From NCBI GenBank assembly GCA_964425105.1, contig CAYRLE010000003.1, forward strand, positions 4,071 to 43,841: a stretch of DNA of 39,771 bases. Reading direction: 5' to 3'. This DNA comes from an uncultured Gammaproteobacteria bacterium (GTDB lineage: Bacteria > Pseudomonadota > Gammaproteobacteria > SZUA-140). Position numbers and translations under genes: made by a program. This document shows, in pieces, positions 10,200 through 17,863 of the stretch. Under the pieces are notes generated by a model. That model was not told the origin of the DNA, did not search any database, and saw only the letters and a program-made list of their open reading frames with translations. Position 1 is the first letter of the stretch, and every line of letters starts with the position of its first letter.

Positions 10200-10462
10200 G
10201 CCGCTGGTGGATTCAGAACCAAGACGCCTCCCCTTACAGCCAGCACATCGAGGCGCGACCGCGGCATCTGCTTCACCGTTTCACCCTCCGGCGCCGCGCC
10301 CTGCAGAACTGCATCTGGCGGGCGCGGACGGGAAATTTAATAAATATGAACAAACAGCGATATATTATCCGCAGGGAACGGGGAATCATGCCCCGGCGTC
10401 TCAGCAGAGAGGCGGGATGCACTGCCTGCAATGCCTGATCCAATCAGCCGCGACTTGATGAC

Positions 10463-12772
10463 ATGACAAAGAAAACCGAGAGAAAACTGGTGATCGTGGA
10501 ATCACCGGCCAAGGCGAAGACCCTGAAGAAATATTTCGGCAAGGGTTTCGAGGTGCTGGCCTCCTACGGCCATGTGCGGGATCTGGAGCCCAAGGAGGGC
10601 GCTGTGGATCCGGACCACGACTTCGCCATGAAATACCAACTCATCGAAAGAAACGCCAAACATATCGATGCCATCTGCAAGGCCATGAAGAAGGCCGATG
10701 CCCTCTACCTCGCCACCGACCCGGATCGCGAGGGCGAGGCCATCTCCTGGCACCTCTACACCATCCTCAAGGAACGCGGCCTGCTGAAAGACAAACCGGT
10801 ATACCGTATCGTATTCCACGAGATCACCAAGAACGCCATCGCCGAGGCCCTGGAACACCCCCGGGAACTGTCCATGGAACTGGTCAACGCCCAGCAGGCG
10901 CGGCGCGCCCTGGATTTCCTGGTGGGCTTCAACCTCTCGCCCCTGCTGTGGAAGAAGATCCGCCGTGGCCTGTCCGCAGGCCGCGTGCAGAGCCCCGCCC
11001 TGCGCATGATCGTCGAGCGGGAAGAAGAGATCGAACGCTTCAAACCGCGCGAATACTGGACCATAGAAGCCGACGTCGCCAAGAAGAAAGACCGTTTCAG
11101 TGCCAAGCTGGCTCAGTACCAGGACCAGAAGATCAGCCAGTTCAGCGTCACCAACGAGCAGCAGGCCCTTGAAATCGAGCGCCGGATCCAGGCCGCCGCC
11201 CAGGGCGAGCTGGTCATCACCCATATCGAGAAGAAACAGCGCAAGCGCAATCCCGCCGCGCCCTTCATCACCTCCACCCTGCAGCAGGAGGCGGCGCGCA
11301 AACTGGGCTTCACCGCCCAGCGCACCATGCGCACGGCGCAACAACTCTATGAAGGTATCGACACCGGCGACGGCGCCGTGGGTCTCATCACCTACATGCG
11401 TACCGACTCGGTGAATCTGGCCCAGGAGGCGGTGCAAGAGATCCGCAGCTTCGTGGCCCAGCGCTATGGCAAGGAAAACGTGCCCAAGCAGCCGCGCGTC
11501 TACAAGACCAAGTCGAAGAACGCCCAGGAGGCCCACGAGGCCATCCGCCCCACCTCGGTGACCCTGGAACCGGAGACCATCAAGTCCCATCTCAGCACCG
11601 ACCAGTACAAGCTCTACAGCCTGATCTGGAAGCGCGCCGTGGCCAGCCAGATGGTGCACGCCACCATCAACACCGTCGCCGTGGACCTCGCCGCCGGCGA
11701 CCTGGCGGTGTTCCGCGCCACCGGCTCCATCATCGCCGACCCCGGTTTCATGGCCGTCTACCAGGAGAGCCTGGACGACCAGAAGCAGAAGGAAGAGGAG
11801 CGCATGCTGCCTGAGTTGGCCGTGGGCGAGCACCTCAAGCTGGAGCAGATCCGCCCCGAGCAGCACTTCACCGAACCGCCGCCGCGCTACACCGAGGCCA
11901 GCCTCATCAAGGCCCTGGAGGAATACGGCATCGGCCGCCCCTCCACCTACGCCTCCATCATCGCCACCCTGCAGCAGCGGGAATACGTGGTGCTGGACAA
12001 GAAACGCTTCAAACCCACCGACGTGGGACGCATCGTCAACAAGTTTCTCACCGAACACTTCACCCAGTACGTGGACTACGACTTCACCGCCAACCTGGAG
12101 GACGAACTGGACGCCATCAGCCGCGGTGAAAAGGAATGGGTGCCGGTACTGCGCTCCTTCTGGAAGCCCTTCAAGAAACTGGTGGATACCAAGGAGAAGA
12201 CCGTCCAGCGCAAGGACGTCACCCAGGAACTGATCGAGGAGAAATGCCCCAAGTGCGGCGAACAACTCTCCATCCGCCTGGGGCGGCGCGGGCGCTTCAT
12301 CGGCTGCACCGCCTTCCCCGAGTGCGACTACACCCGCAACCTGGGCGACGACGGCGAGGCCGTGGAACCGGAGGTGGTGGAGGGACGCAAGTGTCCCCAG
12401 TGCGAATCCGACCTCATCATCCGCCAGGGGCCCTACGGCAAGTTCATCGGCTGCAGCAGCTACCCCGACTGCCGCTTCATCGAGCCCTTGGAGAAACCCA
12501 GCGACACCAGTGTGCCCTGCCCCCAGTGCGGCAAAGGCACCATGCTGCAGCGCAAATCACGGCGCGGCAAGGTGTTTTATTCCTGCTCCACCTACCCCGA
12601 CTGCAACTACGCGGTATGGAACGAGCCGGTGGACATGCCCTGCCCCCAATGCCAATGGCCCATGCTGACCGTCAAGACCACCAAGCGCCGCGGCGCAGAG
12701 CTGGTCTGCCCGCAGAAAGAATGCGGTTACAGCGAGCCGTATTATGAGGAGAAGAAGCAGAAGGCATCTTAA
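10463..12772 (+). CDS. topA: DNA topoisomerase I (type IA) with four C-terminal zinc ribbons
   Basis: LVIVESPAKA, LATDPDREGEAI, SAGRVQSPAL, LITYMRTDS (catalytic Tyr), QEAHEAIRPT, GIGRPSTY; four CPxC repeats. Confidence 0.98.
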   Translation: MTKKTERKLVIVESPAKAKTLKKYFGKGFEVLASYGHVRDLEPKEGAVDPDHDFAMKYQLIERNAKHIDAICKAMKKADALYLATDPDREGEAISWHLYTILKERGLLKDKPVYRIVFHEITKNAIAEALEHPRELSMELVNAQQARRALDFLVGFNLSPLLWKKIRRGLSAGRVQSPALRMIVEREEEIERFKPREYWTIEADVAKKKDRFSAKLAQYQDQKISQFSVTNEQQALEIERRIQAAAQGELVITHIEKKQRKRNPAAPFITSTLQQEAARKLGFTAQRTMRTAQQLYEGIDTGDGAVGLITYMRTDSVNLAQEAVQEIRSFVAQRYGKENVPKQPRVYKTKSKNAQEAHEAIRPTSVTLEPETIKSHLSTDQYKLYSLIWKRAVASQMVHATINTVAVDLAAGDLAVFRATGSIIADPGFMAVYQESLDDQKQKEEERMLPELAVGEHLKLEQIRPEQHFTEPPPRYTEASLIKALEEYGIGRPSTYASIIATLQQREYVVLDKKRFKPTDVGRIVNKFLTEHFTQYVDYDFTANLEDELDAISRGEKEWVPVLRSFWKPFKKLVDTKEKTVQRKDVTQELIEEKCPKCGEQLSIRLGRRGRFIGCTAFPECDYTRNLGDDGEAVEPEVVEGRKCPQCESDLIIRQGPYGKFIGCSSYPDCRFIEPLEKPSDTSVPCPQCGKGTMLQRKSRRGKVFYSCSTYPDCNYAVWNEPVDMPCPQCQWPMLTVKTTKRRGAELVCPQKECGYSEPYYEEKKQKAS

Positions 12773-12777
12773 GTAAT

Positions 12778-12920
12778 CAGATACAAGGTACAAGGGGAAA
12801 GATACAAGTGATGGAAAAGGGCCCGATGGGCCCTTTGTTTTTTAATCAATAATCACGCATGCGCCAAAGGCGCACACATTCCCTTGTATCTTGTATCTTT
12901 CCCCTTGTATCTTGTATCTG
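12778..12920. repeat. 31-bp inverted repeat made of atacaag/cttgtat heptamers, enclosing a terminator
   Basis: Left 12778-12808 cag-atacaag-gtacaag-gggaaag-atacaag; right 12890-12920 cttgtat-ctttccc-cttgtat-cttgtat-ctg, plus one extra unit at 12883-12889. 30 of 31 positions complementary. Confidence 0.92.
12816..12843. terminator. Intrinsic, probably bidirectional terminator between convergent topA and cysB
   Basis: aaagggccc-gat-gggcccttt followed by gtttttt; an A-run on the other side. Confidence 0.8.
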
Positions 12921-12923
12921 CCT

Positions 12924-13844
12924 TTACGCCCCCATCACCTCATCCACCTTGCGCCGGTCCAGGTGCGGGGCGAACATCTCGATGAAGGCATACATGTAGC
13001 CGCGCAGGTGGCTGCCACGGCGGATGCCGATGCGCGTAGTGCAGGGATCGAAGAGGTGGCTGGCATCCAGCATGCGCAGATTGCGGTCCCGTTCCCCATC
13101 GAAGGCCATCTTGGCCATGAGGCCAATGCCCAGACCCAGTTCCACATAGGTCTTGATGACGTCGGCGTCCAGGGCGGTGAGCACCACGTTGGGGCGCAGG
13201 CCCTCAGCCTCGAAGGCCTCGTTGATCTTGGTGCGCCCGGCGAAGGAGAAGTCGTAGGTGACGATGGGATATTCGGCGATCTTCGCCAGGGTCAGGGGCA
13301 GGTCTTTGAGCAGGGGCAGGCCGGGGGGCGCCACCACACAGTGGTTCCATTCATAACAGGGCAACACCACCAGATCTTCGTAGAGATCGATGCCCTCGGT
13401 GGCGATGGCGATGTCCGCCACGCCGGAGGCAGCCAGTTGAGCGATCTGGGTGGGATTGCCCTGGTGCATGTGCAGGCTGACATTGGGATACTGCTCGCTG
13501 AAGGTCTTGATCACCTTGGGCAGGGCATAGCGGGCCTGGGTATGGGTGGTGGCGATGGACAGGGTGCCGCGGGCATCGTGGCTGAACTCGAAGCCCACCT
13601 GCTTGATGTGCTCAAGCTCCCTGAGCACCCGCTCCGCCATGGCCAGTACCGCGCGCCCCGGTTGGGTGACCCCCACCAGGCGCTTGCCATTGCGCTCAAA
13701 GATCTGCACATTCAGCTCTTCCTCCAACTGGCGGATCTGGTTGCTGATGCCAGGCTGTGCAGTATGGAGGATATTGGCCGCCGCGGAAATGTTGAGGCCG
13801 CAACGGGCCACTTCACGGATATAACGGAGTTGCTGAAAGTTCAT
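12924..13844 (-). CDS. cysB: CysB-family LysR transcriptional regulator
   Basis: MNFQQLRYIREV, IATTHTQARYALP, SLHMHQGNPTQIA, YEDLVVLPCYEWN, DADVIKTYVELGLG. The effector domain resembles CysB more than Cbl. Confidence 0.9.
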   Translation of the reverse strand: MNFQQLRYIREVARCGLNISAAANILHTAQPGISNQIRQLEEELNVQIFERNGKRLVGVTQPGRAVLAMAERVLRELEHIKQVGFEFSHDARGTLSIATTHTQARYALPKVIKTFSEQYPNVSLHMHQGNPTQIAQLAASGVADIAIATEGIDLYEDLVVLPCYEWNHCVVAPPGLPLLKDLPLTLAKIAEYPIVTYDFSFAGRTKINEAFEAEGLRPNVVLTALDADVIKTYVELGLGIGLMAKMAFDGERDRNLRMLDASHLFDPCTTRIGIRRGSHLRGYMYAFIEMFAPHLDRRKVDEVMGA

Positions 13845-13883
13845 GGTCGGGCACCTATATACGAATACTATATATAAATATAA

Positions 13884-13907
13884 TATATCATTATTTTTAA
13901 TGATATA
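13884..13907. promoter_or_regulatory. Perfect palindrome, candidate operator in the cysB/transporter divergent promoter
   Basis: tatatcatta-tttt-taatgatata in an AT-rich patch 40 bp upstream of the cysB ATG. Confidence 0.55.
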
Positions 13908-14064
13908 GGTTTACTGATATCTTACAGTGACCCATACAAGCAGCAACGCAGTGTATTCAATCCGGCACCCTGACCAGGGTGTGGCACCTTCAGAATAAAC
14001 AGCTGATCTCCAAACATTTTATCCAATGACAGCACGAGCGCATATTTTCGGGACGACTTGAACC

Positions 14065-14847
14065 GTGGAACTGGGATTTATCTTGGCAGGCTTTGGCGTC
14101 GGCACCCTGGTGGGGCTCACCGGGGTGGGCGGCGGCTCGCTGATGACGCCCCTGCTGATCTTCCTGTTCGGCATCGCCCCGGTCACAGCGGTGGGCACGG
14201 ACCTGCTGTTCGCCGCCATCACCAAGGCCAGCGGCATCTGGTCTCACCGGCGGCGCGGCAACATCCGCCTCGACATCCTGCTGCTGCTGGGCGCCGGCAG
14301 CCTGCCTACGGCCCTGCTGACCATTCACTACATGGACCTCATCCGCGCCGGCGGCGCCGATCTCGATGGCCTGATCCAGGTGGGGCTGGGCATCGCCCTG
14401 GTGCTCACCTCCCTGGTGCTGCTGTTCCGCCGCACAGTGCTGCGCCTCGGCCACTTGGTGAAGCTGTGGATCCCGCAATGGCGCCGCCTGCGGCCGGCGG
14501 CCACGGTGCTGGGAGGCGTGATCCTGGGCGTGCTGGTGCCCATCTCCTCCATCGGCGCCGGCGCCCTGGGCGCCGCCATGCTGCTGTTCCTCTATCCGCG
14601 CACCCCGACGCGGGTCATCGTCGGCACCGACCTGGCCCATGCCGTGCCCCTCACCGCCGTGGCAGGCCTGGGGCATATGCAGATGGGCTCGGTGGATTTC
14701 ACCCTCCTGGCCATGCTGCTGGCGGGCTCCCTGCCCGGCATCTGGCTGGGCAGCCACATGAGCAGCGTGGTGCCGGAACGGGTGATGCGCCCCCTGTTAG
14801 CCAGCATGCTGATGCTGATCGGGGTAAAATTCATGTTCGTTAATTAG
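14065..14847 (+). CDS. TauE/SafE (TSUP) family sulfur-compound transporter
   Basis: GTG start; GLTGVGGGSLMTP, AVGTDL and IVGTDLAHAVPL; highly hydrophobic with an internal duplication. Confidence 0.9.
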   Translation: MELGFILAGFGVGTLVGLTGVGGGSLMTPLLIFLFGIAPVTAVGTDLLFAAITKASGIWSHRRRGNIRLDILLLLGAGSLPTALLTIHYMDLIRAGGADLDGLIQVGLGIALVLTSLVLLFRRTVLRLGHLVKLWIPQWRRLRPAATVLGGVILGVLVPISSIGAGALGAAMLLFLYPRTPTRVIVGTDLAHAVPLTAVAGLGHMQMGSVDFTLLAMLLAGSLPGIWLGSHMSSVVPERVMRPLLASMLMLIGVKFMFVN

Positions 14848-14927
14848 GGTAAGGGGTAAGGCGTGAGGTGTGAGGCGTAAAGAGAATTTGCATTTAACGC
14901 CTCACACCTCACGCCTCACACCTCACG
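14848..14927. repeat. Heptamer inverted-repeat hairpin (ygtgagg/cctcacr type)
   Basis: ggtaagg-ggtaagg-cgtgagg-tgtgagg-cgtaaag (14848-14882) ... tttaacg-cctcaca-cctcacg-cctcaca-cctcacg (14893-14927). Confidence 0.9.
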
Positions 14928-14952
14928 ATTTCGCACAAAGGAGAGACAACTT

Positions 14953-17256
14953 ATGAGCAAGGCCCAGACTCTGGTCAATAGGGAAGAATTGGTCCGCTTC
15001 CGGGAGAGTGTGCAGGCATTTCTGGAGAACCGCATCGACGCCGAGCGTTTCCAGTCCATGCGCCTGCAACAGGGCGTCTACGGCCAGCGCCAGGAAGGCG
15101 TCAACATGATCCGGGTCAAGATCCCCAGCGGCAAGTTCACGCCGGCCCAGCTGGCCTGCATGGGCGATGTGCTGGAGAAATACGCACGCCACGACAAGGC
15201 CCATATCACCACCCGCCAGGACATCCAGATCCACTATGTGCCGCTGGAATATACCCCGGCGGCACTGGACGACCTGGCCGCCGTGGGCCTGACCACCCGC
15301 GAGGCCTGCAACAATACGGTGCGTAATGTCAGCGCCTGCCCGCTGGCCGGCGTCTGTCCCCAGCAACATGTGGATATCACCGCCTATGCGGACCGTGCCG
15401 TGAGCCACTTCCTGCGCCACCCCCTGACCCAGCATCTGCCGCGCAAGTTCAAGATCAGCTTCTCGGCCTGCGAGCGCGACTGCGCCCAGGGCATGCTGCA
15501 CGACCTGGGCGTGATCGCCACCACCCGCGACGGTCGTAATGGTTTCAAGATCGTGGCCGGCGGCGGCCTGGGCCACAAGCCGCGTCATGCCATCACCGTG
15601 GAGGAATTCATCGAGGAGGGTGAACTGTTGGCCTCCATGGAAGCCATTATCGCCCTGCACAACCGCTACTCCGATCGCAAGAAGCGCGCCAAATCCCGCA
15701 TCAAGTTCCTGGTGGAACGCTTCGGTCCCGAAGGCTTCGTGGAGAAATACCGCGAGGAACTGGAGCGCACCCGTGCCGCCCTGGCCGATGCCGAACCCGT
15801 GGCGGCCACCTGGGAGGCCCCGCAGCCCAGCATCGGCTGCGACAATCCCGGCGCCCCGCGTGCCGTTCTGGCCCAGAAACAGGCAGGATACTACGTTTTT
15901 CCCATCAGCGTGCCCATCGGCGACCTCAGCGCCTCCCAGATGCGCGGCATCGCCAGTCTCATGGAAAAGGAGGGGCTGGATGAGGCGCGCACCACCCAGG
16001 ACCAGAACCTGATCCTGGTGAACGTGCCGGAGGCGCGTCTCGACACCATCCGTTCCGCCCTCAAGGCCCTGGGACTGGCGGAGCCCGTCACTGGCGACAA
16101 CGTGGTGGCCTGCCCCGGCACCTCCACCTGCCGCCTGGGCATCACCGCCTCCAAGGTCATCGGCGCCAGACTCCACGGCGGCAGCCACGATCTGCGCATC
16201 CGCGCCAGCGGCTGCCACAACGGTTGCGCCCAACCCGAGACCGGCGACATCGGCATCTACGGCGAGGGCAAGCGCCGCCACGGCAAGCTCATCCCTCACT
16301 ATCAGATGTACATCGGCGGTGACGGCCGCGCCGAAGGCGGCTTGGCCCTCAAGGGCCCCACCATCCCCGCCGCACGCATCGAGATGGCCATTGCGCGCCT
16401 CCAGGAGACCTATGACCGGGAATGCAGCGATGGCGAGGAATTCTTCCACTGGAGCCAGCGCCAGGGGGCGGCCTATTTCAAGGAACTGCTGGCTGACCTC
16501 GCCGAAGTGGCGCCGGAGGACGTGCCCTCGGTGCTCTACGACTACGGTGAAGAGGACACCTTCAAAGTGGTGCAGTTCGGCGGCGGCGAATGCGCCGGCG
16601 CGGCCCAGGAGACGGTGGCCGCCAACTTCGCCGAGGCCGCCAACGAGCGCAATTACCGCAACGCCTTCCTGCTGCAACGCAAATACGCCGAATCCCTGGA
16701 ATGCGCCCGGGAAATCGCCCGCCTGGTGGCAGAATCCCTGCTGTTCCTGGCAGGCCAGGAGGCCGGCGAGGACCTGCAGGAGATGGCCCGACGCCTGGAG
16801 GATGCCCTGAACAGCGAGCAGGAACTGGGCAGGCAGCTGGCCGGCTTCGCCGCCACCCTGGAGCAGCTGGCGGAAGACTTCGACGACGCCCTGTACGCCG
16901 AACTCAACCGCGCCATGGACCAGTGGACCACCCGCGCCGCCGCCGTGTGCCAGAACATCGACCAGCAGCTGGACCTGAGCGCCTCCCTGCCGGAAGTGGC
17001 CGCTGCGGAAGAGCCCGAGCAGGGTAAAAAAAAAGCTGAAATCATAGACCTGACGGCCTACGGCTGTCCCCTGCACTACATCAAGGCGCGCAACGCCCTG
17101 CGTAACTTCAGGGAAGGCGAGGTGATCCAGTTCCTATTCAGTTCGGGAGAACCAGCGGAACAGGCCTCCTCCAGCCTCAAGAACGACGGCCATGAGATCC
17201 TCGCCGTGGAGGATGAAGGCAGCACCATCCGGGTCAGTGTGCGCAAGGCCGGGTAG
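14953..17256 (+). CDS. Siroheme/[4Fe-4S] sulfite (or nitrite) reductase fused to a helical domain and a C-terminal TusA/SirA-like sulfur carrier
   Basis: RLQQGVYGQRQ, HITTRQDIQ, LPRKFK, CPGTSTC...SGCHNGC cofactor ligands; the C-terminus IIDLTAYGCPLHYIKARNAL...GEVIQF...DGHEIL resembles TusA. SD AAGGAG upstream. Sulfite specificity is inferred from the cysB/TSUP context. Confidence 0.88.
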   Translation: MSKAQTLVNREELVRFRESVQAFLENRIDAERFQSMRLQQGVYGQRQEGVNMIRVKIPSGKFTPAQLACMGDVLEKYARHDKAHITTRQDIQIHYVPLEYTPAALDDLAAVGLTTREACNNTVRNVSACPLAGVCPQQHVDITAYADRAVSHFLRHPLTQHLPRKFKISFSACERDCAQGMLHDLGVIATTRDGRNGFKIVAGGGLGHKPRHAITVEEFIEEGELLASMEAIIALHNRYSDRKKRAKSRIKFLVERFGPEGFVEKYREELERTRAALADAEPVAATWEAPQPSIGCDNPGAPRAVLAQKQAGYYVFPISVPIGDLSASQMRGIASLMEKEGLDEARTTQDQNLILVNVPEARLDTIRSALKALGLAEPVTGDNVVACPGTSTCRLGITASKVIGARLHGGSHDLRIRASGCHNGCAQPETGDIGIYGEGKRRHGKLIPHYQMYIGGDGRAEGGLALKGPTIPAARIEMAIARLQETYDRECSDGEEFFHWSQRQGAAYFKELLADLAEVAPEDVPSVLYDYGEEDTFKVVQFGGGECAGAAQETVAANFAEAANERNYRNAFLLQRKYAESLECAREIARLVAESLLFLAGQEAGEDLQEMARRLEDALNSEQELGRQLAGFAATLEQLAEDFDDALYAELNRAMDQWTTRAAAVCQNIDQQLDLSASLPEVAAAEEPEQGKKKAEIIDLTAYGCPLHYIKARNALRNFREGEVIQFLFSSGEPAEQASSSLKNDGHEILAVEDEGSTIRVSVRKAG

Positions 17257-17321
17257 CCTCAGCGGTGATGGGTGCTGATCTGCGGCGGCTATTGGAACAC
17301 ATGCAATGCCAACGGCCAGGG

Positions 17322-17415
17322 GGTGATGAGTGATGAGTGATGAGTAATGAGCGATGTTTAGCATGCAATAAGCAGAGCGAGTCGCACCATCACGCATCAC
17401 TCATTACACATCACC
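17322..17415. repeat. Heptamer inverted-repeat hairpin (agtgatg/catcact type)
   Basis: ggtgatg-agtgatg-agtgatg-agtaatg-agcgatg (17322-17356) ... catcacg-catcact-cattaca-catcacc (17388-17415). Confidence 0.9.
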
Positions 17416-17446
17416 TGACAAAAAGCACCAGGCATCGCCTCGGCAC

Positions 17447-17863
17447 TCAGTCCTCAGTTCTGCCCCCATCCACCACCCGCGGCCGGCGCTGGTCGTCGAT
17501 GGCGACGAAGGTCAGGGTGGCCTCGGTGACCTTGATGCATTCCTCCTCGCGGCGCTGACGTTCCGCATAGACCTCCACGAATACCGTCAATGAGGTGCGC
17601 CCCACGCGCACCACCTCGGCGTAGAAGCTCACCAGATCGCCGACGTAGACGGGATGGTGAAACTGGAAGGAATTGACCGCCACCGTCACCACCCGCCCCT
17701 TGGCACGGCGGATGGCGGCGATGCTGCCGGCGATGTCCACCTGGGACATGATCCAGCCGCCGAAGATGTCGCCCGCGGTGTTGGTATCCTGGGGCGAGGC
17801 CAGCACCCGGGTGGTGGGCTGGCGGTCGACGGGGAGCCGGGTGCGGGTCTCAGTGTCCTTCAT
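17447..17863 (-). CDS. Hotdog-fold acyl-CoA thioesterase (YciA-like)
   Basis: PQDTNTAGDIFGGWIMSQVDIAG, VVTVAV, PVYVGDLV, VGRTSL, TFVAID; overlaps the end of the upstream ligase gene by 14 bp. Confidence 0.92.
   Translation of the reverse strand: MKDTETRTRLPVDRQPTTRVLASPQDTNTAGDIFGGWIMSQVDIAGSIAAIRRAKGRVVTVAVNSFQFHHPVYVGDLVSFYAEVVRVGRTSLTVFVEVYAERQRREEECIKVTEATLTFVAIDDQRRPRVVDGGRTED

Noticed and set aside
10207-10458. 83-aa ORF between smg and topA
   Set aside because: No recognisable motif, atypical composition, and it spans the AT-rich probable topA promoter.
10463-13844. topA-cysB adjacency as conserved enterobacterial synteny
   Set aside because: In E. coli the genes are co-directional; here they are convergent and topA is in the dprA-smg context, so this is probably coincidence.
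13982-13997. TGGCAC as a sigma-54 promoter
   Set aside because: No TTGC -12 element at the required spacing.
17322-17415. Heptamer arrays as a CRISPR array
   Set aside because: No 23-50 bp direct repeats with unique spacers of regular length, and no cas genes.
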